From Paecilomyces variotii (lineage: Eukaryota), in NCBI GenBank assembly GCA_004022145.1, contig RCNU01000005.1: DNA of 64,000 bases. One strand, given 5' to 3'. Positions 28,178 to 39,123 of this stretch are shown piece after piece (within the stretch, counting starts at the first letter, position 1; the number at the start of each line of letters is the position of its first letter). Made by a program: the position numbers and the translations under genes. Below the pieces are notes generated by a model. The model searched no databases and was not told the origin of the DNA. It saw only the letters and a list, made by a program, of their open reading frames with translations.

Positions 28178-29688
28178 TCAACAATCATCTCCCCATCCCG
28201 TAACTCGAGTCCATTCACGACTGACTTCACCCACGCCACGAATGATGCGCTCGCGACGGTCTATGTCCAGTTCTAACTCGACTGCGAGCTTTCTACTGCC
28301 CATGATCTCGTCATCGCTCATGCCTGCGTAGTTGCGCGCGTCCTGCTCAGTGACGATCTCGCCGTTTCGACGGCGATTCCACGCTGCGTGCTTAATCGCA
28401 GGGGCCCAGTAATCCATTAGTGCGACCTCGTCGCGATTCCGAGCGTATATCTTTCGGCGCTCCGCGACACCCGGGTTGCTGGGGTCTTGTTCTGTGGTGA
28501 CGAGCGAGGCGTACCAGTTTGAGAAGACGACCTCGTATCGGCGTTCCATGAGGAGGATAGCCGGCCAGGTGACGATCCAGAGTTGGAAGATGATGCAGGT
28601 CCAGAAGATGTAGGGGTTGTTGCGCAAGCGGTTGACCCAGTGCGGGGAGTAGATGGTTACAGATTCCTCGCGCAGAGTGGTCTTCACGCTGATGTGGCCG
28701 CGGTAGCTGGTGGCGCGGATATGGGAAACGATGGAGTCTCGAAGAGACTCGCGAGAGAAGCCACCGAGGGTGCGGGTGAGCGTGAAGCTGGATAGACGTT
28801 TAGCGGTTTACTCAGGCGGATCTTTTACAATGTTAGGATTTCGGATAAAAAGGGATCATACCTCTTGACAGGTGCAGGATCAGCGCAGAATCGCTCACAC
28901 CAGCCCAGACCGCTATCAGCGCCATGCTGCACCTCTTGGGGTGGTGCATGGATCGTCTCCGCGCGTTTCTCCGGAAGCAATGGTGCCGCTTGATCATTTC
29001 CATCTCCGTCATCCGCATATCCTCCTTGGCCTCTTTCCACGTCCGCTTCAGTATCAGAAGCACCCTGGGGTAGGACCCAGGGATACTTTCCTGGACCCTG
29101 AGATCTGAACCTCCCACCACGATATGTGTTTACCATATCATGATCATTGACAACAGTCACAGTATGCCATGATAGACTAGAAGGTGGCATCCCGTCACCT
29201 TTCCAGCCTCTGAGTATCATCGCCGCAACGTCCAGATTGAACTCAAAATCCACAACTTCCTTTTTCCGCTTTAAATCCACAACTTCCTCTTTTTTCTTTT
29301 GTCCCTCGTCATCATTGACCGTTTCGGAATGCGTGCCTCTGATGAGGATATATGGTCTCGGGGGCAGCTCCGCTTTCGACTTGATAAGTTCCCACAGCAT
29401 CTTAGGATCAGAGCTCAGGTCTGGATGGAAAGACACAGAGGTAGATTCTTGACTTCCATGTACGTCATCCGCATATGTTGTCCCACCGGGAATACAGTAT
29501 GCCTCCATATCGGGCAGAAGAGCAGTGCGGCTGACGGGCTGCTGAGACGGAGCGTCAATCCCCGGCGCCTCTGGTTCAGCGTACATTGGAGGTATGTCGG
29601 CTTCGACATGATCAGTGTATGGTTGTAGAGAGTATGCGGATGCCGCTGACGAGCGCGGAGGCTCGTCTTTGTAAGTAGCTTTGCTCAT
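28178..29688 (-). CDS. Conserved fungal hypothetical protein with a C-terminal hydrophobic segment
   Basis: Two ORFs joined by one GT..AG intron (about 28789-28861); PPRPYILIRGTH, VVDFEF, WCERFCADP, YIFWTCIIFQLWIVTWP, GWGDD. Function not assignable. Confidence 0.75.
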
Positions 29689-30398
29689 CGTGTAATTAAA
29701 CCTCAATAGACACTTTAAACGTAAATAAACGAAAAGGATGATCCAAAAGGTAATGATTCTGACTCGGGTATCACATAAAGGAAATTTTGTTGACAGATGT
29801 TCAACTGGAATTGATCGCGCTCTCAGCTCAGCCACCTATTAGCGCATTTTCTGGCTCAGAGTCACAATCGGGAATGGATTGGCGCTCAGCTGCTGCAAAC
29901 ACAACAGTTCAGTACAGCAAAAACCAAAGACACCACCGCCTTTCTTCCAGAATGAGAAATGTAAGCAATTGTTAACTTCTGCGAGATATGTCATCGACAA
30001 GCTACGTCAAGTATAAAGGCGGAAGGAACCGGCAGAATGCGGGACCCCGCCGAGCTGTACTTATGCCCCATCGATCATACTTAACTGCCGCAGCCACTAG
30101 TATCTACCATCATCAGTGTCTATTTTAGGCGGTATAATCGGAATTTATGTTATCTCTTGTATAGCAATAACAGATCATATTTTATTTTGTATCATATTCA
30201 GTCACAAATGGCATGTTATATTTTTAACATATTTTCACAAAATACAGCAAGTACTCCGGTTCCAGGAGAGGTGTTGTAGGTATAGTGTATATATATCGGA
30301 ATGAATACAAGGGTATTGCACCGACGTCCGGACAATGCTACCCTGAGTGTCGATGCGTCATCATATCTTCGTCCAGCAATTCATCCAGGTAAAGTCAT

Positions 30399-32198
30399 TT
30401 ACAGTCTCGGCTGCTGGGGCCTCCAGCCAGCCTCCTCCGCAATCAGCTCGGCGGCCCGCTCGCCGATACCCAGCACCGTGAGCATGGGGTTGATGGTGGG
30501 CATCGAAGGGAAGACACCAGCATCAGCGATGCGGACGTTCTTGAGACCGCGGACCTTGAGCTGGGAGTCGACCACTGCGTACGGGTCCCGGCTAATGTCT
30601 CCCATCTTGGTGGTACCAGCAGGGTGGTACACGGTATGAGCTACACGACGGCCGTACTCGGACAATTCCTCGTCAGTGTTGACGTTAGGACCTGGAGCCA
30701 CCTCGCGCTTGATCCAATCCTTAAAGGGAGCCTGCTTGGCAACCTCTCTGGCCTTCTTCAAACCGTACACGATGGTTGCGGCATCGTATCCCTCAGGGTC
30801 TGTGAAGTAGCGGAAGTCAAGAGCCGGCTTGACTCTGGGGTCCGCAGAAGTCAGGTAGAGGCGACCACGCGAGCGCGGTCGAGGAATGTTGGGGGTCATG
30901 CAGAAGGCGTCCACGGGGGTATCGTAGCCCAGGCGGGCGGTGTTGAGACAGAAAGGGATCTGGTAGCAGTGCATCATGAGGTCTGCGGCGCGGCCGTCCG
31001 AGCCAGCAGCGTTGGGCGCCTCACGACGGAGGAAGATACCCGCATCCGAGTCCATAGTCGTCTGGTTCGGAGGCACAGGCCTGTTGAGTTCCCAGATAAT
31101 GATCGACTCCGGATGGTCCATCAGGTTCTCACCCACACCAGGGATGTCTTTAACCACAGGAATGGACAGCGACTGGAGCTGCTCACGCGGGCCCAGCCCG
31201 GACAAAAGCAACAGTCGTGCGGTATCAATGGCACCAGCGCAGAGAATAGTTTCCTTCTTGGCACGCAGCGTACGCTTGTCGCCGGACTGCAGGGCCAGAT
31301 CAACACCAGTGACAGTGTCACCATCTACGTTAACGCGCGAGACCCACGCGTTCGTGAGAATTGTCAGGTTGGGGCGCTTCTCCTCTCCCCGCAGGATCGG
31401 GTGAATGTAGGCCACACTGGCGCTGCTCCGGCGACCGTCATCGGGGTTGTAAGACACGGAGAAGAAGCCAACGCCCTCGGTGAGCTCTCCCTTGGAGCGG
31501 ATCTCCTTGTTGAAGTCGTGAATGACGGGGATGTTCATGGCAGTGGAGCATGCCTCGACCCAGTCCTTGCACAGCTGGTTACGGTGGCGGCTGTGGACTG
31601 GTTGCACGGTGTTGCGCAGGTTGTCGAGCACGCGAGTGAAGGTCTCAAAGGACCAACCCTTACAGCCTTGCTGCTCCCAGAGCTCACAGTCATATTTGAA
31701 TGGACGGAAGGAGATGAGCGTGTTGTGACTGGAGCAACCACCCAAGACCTTTGCGCGTGAGTGTCGGATGTGGCTGTTGCCTATAGGAATTCTTCGTAAG
31801 TACATGCATTTCCTCGACAAAAGTTGCTTAGATGGACTCGCATAGGGCGGAGTGTTTGAAAGGAGTCCGCTCCCATAGATTGCTGGGACAATTTGACTTG
31901 GCTGGTGCATCTGGGCAAGGCCATGATCATGACCGGGTAGTCACAACATACCCATGGGCTGCTCGACGGTTCCATAATCGTAGTCGAGCTCTCCTCCCAG
32001 CAGGTTGAGCCAATCCTTCAGCAGCAGGACGCGGTCGTCCATATAATCGCTAGGGCCGGCCTCGATGAGGATTATGCGCTTGTTGGGCAAGTATTGTGCC
32101 AGCCGGCTGGCGATAACACATCCCGCGGTGCCACCTCCGACAATGACATAGTCGTAGCTATTCACGTCGCTAAGTGGGAGATCAGTGACGGTGGCCAT
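30399..32198 (-). CDS. codA: Choline oxidase (GMC oxidoreductase)
   Basis: GGGTAG FAD motif, [31 protein letters not shown]; one intron 31781-31951; divergent from an aldehyde dehydrogenase; ends -QQPRL. Confidence 0.92.
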
Positions 32199-33771
32199 GG
32201 TGACTTGTGTTGAACGAAAGAGAAGAAGCTACTTGACTGTGAGCAGGAGAGCTCTTCGATCCCCAAGCATGCATGCAGCGGGATTCTTTGGCTGAGAGAT
32301 TAGCAGATCTTTAAAGTAATAACAGTTGAGTTAATCAGCAACGAAAAAATTTGACTGCGCAAGAGCTTCCGATAACTACCTAGGTAGCAGGACCACCGAA
32401 CGGGAAACCGAAGACGACGAACGACGAACGACGACGACCCTCAACGGCAGCAGTGGGGTTGGCGGTGTCAGGAAGAACGGGGGTAATAATTATTAGATGA
32501 GATTAGATGGCTCTCTTCATACCATACACGTTCGTACTCTATGCGGCTCGACTCTAGTGACGGGAGAGTCGGTGAGACGTTAGCACTGAAGGGGAAAAGT
32601 TGCCCAGAGAGAAAGGCCCGCCAACGTCACCGGCAAGGGCAAAAGATACGGGTGGCTTCAGGGCTGAACCACGCCTAACGCAGTCAAAGCGGACAACCGT
32701 TTCTTGGAGAATGGATTCGAGTACCATAATTAATTAATTCGATGGCGCGGTTGCTCGTCGTCGGGATAAACATACCCCTCCAAGGCATTGCATGCTGCAT
32801 CGATCAGACAACGGACATCGAACATGCAGCCCACCGATAAGCCACGCGACGAGTTCTCCGTTCTCCTCGGATAGGATAGGATAAGTTGGGATAGGATACG
32901 GAATAGATACGGAGTCAACCGTGATAGGATGTTTCAAGTACCGTGGCTGCTCTTCGGTCTTCATTCGCAAGACCCCGCCACTACTGCGCGCGGAACATCA
33001 CCGCTTGGATGGGGAATCAGTGAGCTAGTCAACTAGTTCATTAGTCGACGTATCCATATTACATTCTAACCAGAAAAAGATAATACCAGGAGGAAGTAGT
33101 ACCATATTATTCAGATTCCTCGGAAAACTCCAATACGGGAACATCATTGCGGCAAATGTGTATCTTCGCTTTCATACCCCTGCCCCCAAAAACTTCAGTA
33201 TCATTGGGAGCAACATTATTTATTATGTTGTCAAGAGGGTATCAGTGCGGTGCTTTCTTCCCCAGACAGGCAAAAATTATTGCATTGGAGGTCCTCTGGG
33301 CTTGGTATCTGAAAGAGGTTCAATATTCATATCATAAGTATCCCATTCCAGGTCGCTAATAAAAGTATCCTACCACAGATAGATAGTATACTCTAGCACT
33401 GTGCATTTTCTCTATAACGGTAATCAGGAGGCGTTGATGTAACTACCCGAAGAAAAGAATAACTTACTTTCTGTGACTTATTATTACCTCCAAGACTGAC
33501 AAATGTCTTCTTGTTATGAAGCCAGAATATATACTCTAGTTAGTTATAGGATTGTATCGCCTCAGTCTCCCCAATTAAGCAAGCCTTTCCCCATTTGTTG
33601 GAAACTGTACCATAGACGGGAGTTTGGGATGAGCTAAACTGGCCGGTTTGACCAGAAGAAAGCTGGTCTTGGCGTTATCTTCCTCGCCATAATAGTGGCA
33701 CCGCTCTTCCATCACTGCTAACGATACCAGACAACACCAAAGAGACACCTGGAAATCGCAGCATCATAATA

Positions 33772-35343
33772 ATGTCTCTTCCATATCCTACTCGACAGCT
33801 CTACTACGATGGAAAGCCACAGCCCGCTTCCTCTGGCAAGACTTTCCAAACGACTGACCCTTCCAATGCCGCACCGCTAGCCGATGTCCAGCTAGCGTCT
33901 ACCGCGGACGTCGACAAAGCTATCGCATCCGCAGAACGGGCCTTTCCCTCGTGGTCGCAAACTCCTCCAATTGTGCGAGCGCGCATTCTGCAGAAGGCCG
34001 CATCGCTGCTACGTGAAAAGAACGACGAGATTGCCAAGGCAGAGACCAGGGACACTGGAAAGGCCTACACGGAAACCAGCACCGTTGATGTCATAACGGG
34101 CGCTGATGTGCTCGAATACTATGCGAACTATGTTGGTAGCGGCGGTCTCAACGGTGAGACTACGCACCTGAGAGAAGATGCCTGGGTATACACAAAGAAG
34201 GCACCACTGGGTGTCTGCGCGGGTATCGGTGCTTGGAACTATCCTGTCCAGATGTAAGTCTGTCTGACAAGTGTCATTGACTCCCCTCGTCCAGTCTCAG
34301 TGGCTAATATGGATATGGCTTGTTCTAGCGCCCTGTGGAAGTCCGCTCCTTGCCTCGCGGCAGGCAACACCATGGTCTACAAACCAAGCGAATTCACTCC
34401 TCTGCACGGACAGACGCTTGCCGAGATCTACACGGAAGCTGGTCTTCCTCCCGGAGTCTTCAACGTGGTGAACGGGGCTGGCGAGGTGGGTGCATATCTC
34501 ACCTCCCATCTTTCCATCGCCAAGGTTTCCTTCACAGGCCAGGTGTCCACCGGAAAGAAAGTCGCAGGAACCGCCGCCGGACACATGAAGTACGTTACCA
34601 TGGAGCTCGGTGGAAAGAGTCCGCTCGTTATCCTCCCGGACGCCGATGTGGATAGCGCCGTCGACGGTGCCATGATGGCCAATTTCTTCAGCACGGGTCA
34701 AGTCTGCACCAACGGCACCCGCGTCTTCATCCCCAAGAGCATGCAGGCCGCATTCGAGAAGCGCCTTGTCGAAAAAATCTCCTACGTCCGGGCAGGCCCC
34801 GTCTTCGACGAAAAGACTAACTTCGGCCCTCTTGTCTCTAAAGTCCACTACGACAAGGTCACCAGCTACATAAAACACGGAATTGAGGTAGACCGAGCCC
34901 GACTCCTCTGCGGTGGGCTCGAGAAGCCCAAACTCCCACAAGACCTCCAGCAGGGCTTCTGGGTGCAGCCAACCGTATTCACCGACTGTACGGACAACAT
35001 GCGCATCGTCCGAGAGGAGATCTTCGGCCCCGTCATGTCCATCCTCACCTACGACACCATCGAAGAAGCCGTGAAGCGCGCCAACGCCACCGAGCTGGGT
35101 CTCGCGGCGGGCGTCTTCACCAAGGACATCAACCTGGCACATAAGATTATCGACCAACTCGAGGCTGGAATCACCTGGATCAACTCCTGGGGTGAGTCTC
35201 CAGCCGAGATGGCCGTTGGCGGTTGGAAGCAGAGCGGTGTAGGCGTCGAGAACGGCCACAAGGGCATTGAGGCGTGGGTGCGAAACAAGAGCACTCTGGT
35301 CGATATGAGTGGTGCTGTTGCGACGGTCTTCGCAAAGTTGTAA
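33772..35343 (+). CDS. badA: Betaine-aldehyde dehydrogenase
   Basis: [47 protein letters not shown]; one intron from 34254; paired with choline oxidase; ends -FAKL. Confidence 0.9.
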
Positions 35344-36127
35344 AAAATCATTTTATCATATTACATACTATCATTATTTCTCTGGGACGCCTTTCTAGAG
35401 AAAATGAAAGGACAGGAAACGGTTTCGATGAGCGTTGGATCATATAGAAGCGCCTTTTCATTATTTATGCCATTTTAGCCTGTTCGTTCCGAACTACATA
35501 TTCATTTAAAAAAAGTCATTTATTTACGAGAGTCCAAATTGAACATATTGTGCAATTTTATCATATGATTCAATTCCTCTAGCTAGGTCGTAGGTATCTA
35601 ACATCAATAGCAAGGAAAGGAATATAAGAATGCAACGCAACGCCACAGAAAAATTAAAAGAAAATGAAATAAGATTAGAGAAACGGGTCCATGCACGTGG
35701 AATCATGATATGACGTGCCCGTCCAGATCTAGTCTGATTTGACTACGATCTAATTTCATTGGGATCCCAATCTCAATCTAGATGAAGGGGAATTAGATCG
35801 TCCATCCTAACTGGAATAATATGTGGTTGAAGAAAATAAGTGAAGCGACGACCACTTGCAATCCATCGTAAATCATGTAATGTAATAAGCCATGCAACAA
35901 ACTGTAGGGCAGAGAGTAATAAAAAAAGAAGAAAAATAGAATCTAAATGCTCAAAGCAAGATCTGCCATGTCAATTTTGTCCCTCTTGAAGTCGAGAGTT
36001 GGGAATAGAATGTGCTGCGCCCGAAAGAGAGAGGGAGAGAGAAAAGAAAAAAAGCCGTTGCGATCATGTCAATCTAGATTTGCCGGATATCTTGGAACGC
36101 CTCGAGTGTGCTTCTGTAGCTTATTGC

Positions 36128-37539
36128 TCAAACCGTAGGAGTGGCGACCCTGGCGTGCATACGATCGAACATGAGATCACCCTTTAGCGTCGCAGAGAGG
36201 CCAGCGACGGCCGAGTCATGTATGCGCGAAGACATGCTGTCCGGCGTAAGCTCGCCATCTTCCTCCATGGAACGGCGCAATTCTGTGTCGACTCTCAGGT
36301 CCTTGGGGACTTTCTGGGGCGTCGTCTGCGGAGTGGGCTGCTGGGCGACGGGGACCGGAGCGGGAACGTACGTGCGCGGACGGTAAGTAAGCGGTGGCCC
36401 CTGCGTCCGCGCGTCCGTGCCCGCCTGTTCGATAGACTCGAAATACCTGACCGTCTTCACCTTCAACTCCATAGTGGCATCACGATCAGCCACGATGAGA
36501 GGGTGAGGGTGTAGCTGCAGCGCGGAAAGCGTCCACATGTGGTTGACTCCACCCTCGAGACCATGCTGAAGTGCCAAAGCCTTGTGCGCGCCAGTCACCA
36601 CGATCACTACTTCACGGGCATCCATGATGGTCTGGATACCGACGGTCAGAGCCATTCTTGGGACCTTGTTCACATCGTTGTCAAAGAATCGGGAGTTTGC
36701 AAGAATCGTGTCGTATGCCAAAGTCTTGACTCGAGTTCGGCTGGCCAAGGAAGAGCCAGGCTCGTTGAACGCAATGTGACCGTCAGGGCCGACACCACCT
36801 AGGAAAAGCTCGATGCCCCCGTAGCGGGCGATCTTAGCCTCGTAGGCTGCGCACTCGGCTGCCAGATCTGGAGCATTGCCGTTCAGGATGTTGATGTTGG
36901 CAGGTGGGATGTCGACATGTGAGAAGAAGTTCTTGTACATAAAGCTGTGGTAAGACTCGGGGTGGTCGCGCGGAAGACCAACGTATTCGTCCTACCGACT
37001 GTAGTCAGAAGCCATTCTCATATTCAATATAGGTTTGCAGTCTTCTACACGCATCTGTCCTTTGGACGTGCCAGGCAAGTCTTTCGTTTCAGGAGACTTA
37101 CCATATTGAATGTAACAACATTGCGAAATGAGATCTCCCCTTCCTTGTATCGCTGCACAAGGATCTTGTAGATGATCTCAGGGCTGCTTCCAGTCGGGAG
37201 ACCCAATACAAAGGGTTTATCCGGGGTTGGCTTGTAGTCCTTTATGCGGCCTATGTTGGACAAGAGTATTAGAGCTAGTGCTTGCAGAGGACATAACATA
37301 TAGCAAAGGCATGGATATATGCAAGCGCTATCATCAAACTGAATTTACTAAAGGTAAGCAGGGGGACATACTGATAATATACTCCGCAATGTATTCTGAG
37401 GCACCCTGAGGGTTCTCTCTGATTATTACTCTCCTAGATATCAGAAAATCATATATTAGCAACAAAATTACTCTTTTCACTTCTCTTACTCAAAGACAGG
37501 ATGGCTCGATGTCCAGTATGCGGATTATCTCACTCACAT
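36128..37539 (-). CDS. nag1: Glucosamine-6-phosphate deaminase
   Basis: MRVIIRE.., [42 protein letters not shown]. Exons 37539-37538, 37433-37372, 37250-37102, 36991-36128. Confidence 0.95.
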
Positions 37540-39123
37540 GATGGAAAGGCGGATGTGACGACGTCACCAGTGGCGTATAATAGAACTAACTGGTAATAAC
37601 AGAAAGATAAGAAGTTCGACTGCAGGAAGCAGATAGACGCAGTTTAACGCACAAAGGCAGTGGAATAATTCAAGATGCAGGAATCTTTGTGAAGATAACT
37701 GCGTCTACACAACGAGAAATCGAAAAGAGAAGTGAGGGAGGAATGAGCGCAGTGATAGGAACTGTGAGATAAAAAAGCTGTAGGCGGTAGCCGGTAACCT
37801 TTTCTGGCCTCAGGGACCATGTGCCAGTGACGGCAAGACTTAGTTCCCTTTAGGCAGGCAGGCCAGGTCCCAGGGTCCAGCTATGGGGCAAAAAAAGGCA
37901 ATGGGACCTGAAGATTCTCCTCTGCCATCATGAGTGCATCATGCCCGGTTTGCAGGTTACCATCTCCGTCACTCTCAGGACCCATAGTCACAGCACGCTC
38001 TGCTCGTCCTGTTTTGATTCGTCTGTCTAGAAGAGTCATGTTGTCGTTATACTGTCTCTTTTTCTCTTCTATCCTATGGTATTGCTCCTCCTCCTCGTGT
38101 AATGGAAGCTCGATGCTTGGCTTTTCCGGTTTCTGTAATGGGAACCCGGCATCCATCAAGACCTGTCTGTCTCGACCAAAGGGAACAATTCTCGTGATCT
38201 CCATTCGTAAGCCTTTGCGCAAGATCGGGAAGAAACCGCAACTGCCAATCTATCTATCGGGCCGGTAGAGGGTTTCATTGAAGAGTGCTACAGAGTACTA
38301 CGGTGGCAGACCTCTCTCCATCCTAGGAGATATAGTGTACGCCGTGAAAATACCGCTTGTATGGAGACCGAATGCGCCGTACGGGCTGTATCATGGGTGT
38401 TATCACTCTTTTAAAACTACGGACCGTTAGTTACGTCGCATTTGGCAGGCTGCTGAGTCAGGATGCCCAACGTTACATAGAGAGAGACGATATCGAGTCC
38501 GACGTCACACCCGGTCCGGATGAACTTATCCGCAAGGATGCCATAGGCTCGATGGCCTTCTCCCGATACGGTTAAGCGTCCGAGATCTGTATCGTCCAGG
38601 GTAACTTACGTGACCGAGGATCGGTATTGATGACGGTATCAAACCTCTTATCTTTCCCCGGAGATAAGTTAATTACCAGACGCGTATCACCCCCAGACTG
38701 GGCACGTGAGCAGCCTCGCTCGAGAACTCCCCGTCCGGCTGGGAATCTTAGCTCCAGCTCCAGGGAGGCGCCCGTTGCAACTCTCCTCTGCGGCTCTAGC
38801 TGTCTGTCTCATTCCCGGCCATTGATTGTCTAACTTGACCGCTGGGGATTTTCTTTCTCCCGTCCGTATCCGTTGTACTGCTGCGCAGGGACCAGTAGCT
38901 TAGACTGCTAGGTTGGGGAAGTTCGCCTCCCGTGCGTATCCAGCTGAGTTGAGCCTCGGAAGCAGAGCTACCGCGGAAACAACGGCGGCCCAAGCTTCTT
39001 TGACCGTTTGCAGACTCGTGGCGGGCCTCTTCTCAGCGGTCCATGAACTTAACATCTTTTTGCAGTAGCTGAGACAGCGTGTCGTTCTGTCGTGTCTGTA
39101 TTGGCAATCCCAATCGGGCCACC
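37540..39123. promoter_or_regulatory. Bidirectional promoter nag1/ngs1 with HGATAR clusters and candidate shared motifs
   Basis: AGATAA 37605, 37693, 37767, 38662; TTATCT 38648; inverted repeat GTGACG-A-CGTCAC 37555-37567; CCAGGGT 37870 and 38596; CCGACGTCACA 38499. Confidence 0.6.

Noticed and set aside
30624..31760. 378-aa plus-strand ORF
   Set aside because: Antisense shadow of the GC3-biased choline oxidase gene; no recognisable motifs. The same applies to 4803..5642 and 34297..35259.
24294..38219. Canonical MSE cores CRCAAA in GlcNAc promoters (24294, 24494, 24783, 37650, 37686, 38214)
   Set aside because: About one per kb is expected by chance; the excess is too small to claim on its own.
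37881..38268. Overlapping 112-113 aa ORFs in the nag1/ngs1 intergenic region
   Set aside because: No motifs or splice support; more likely promoter sequence.
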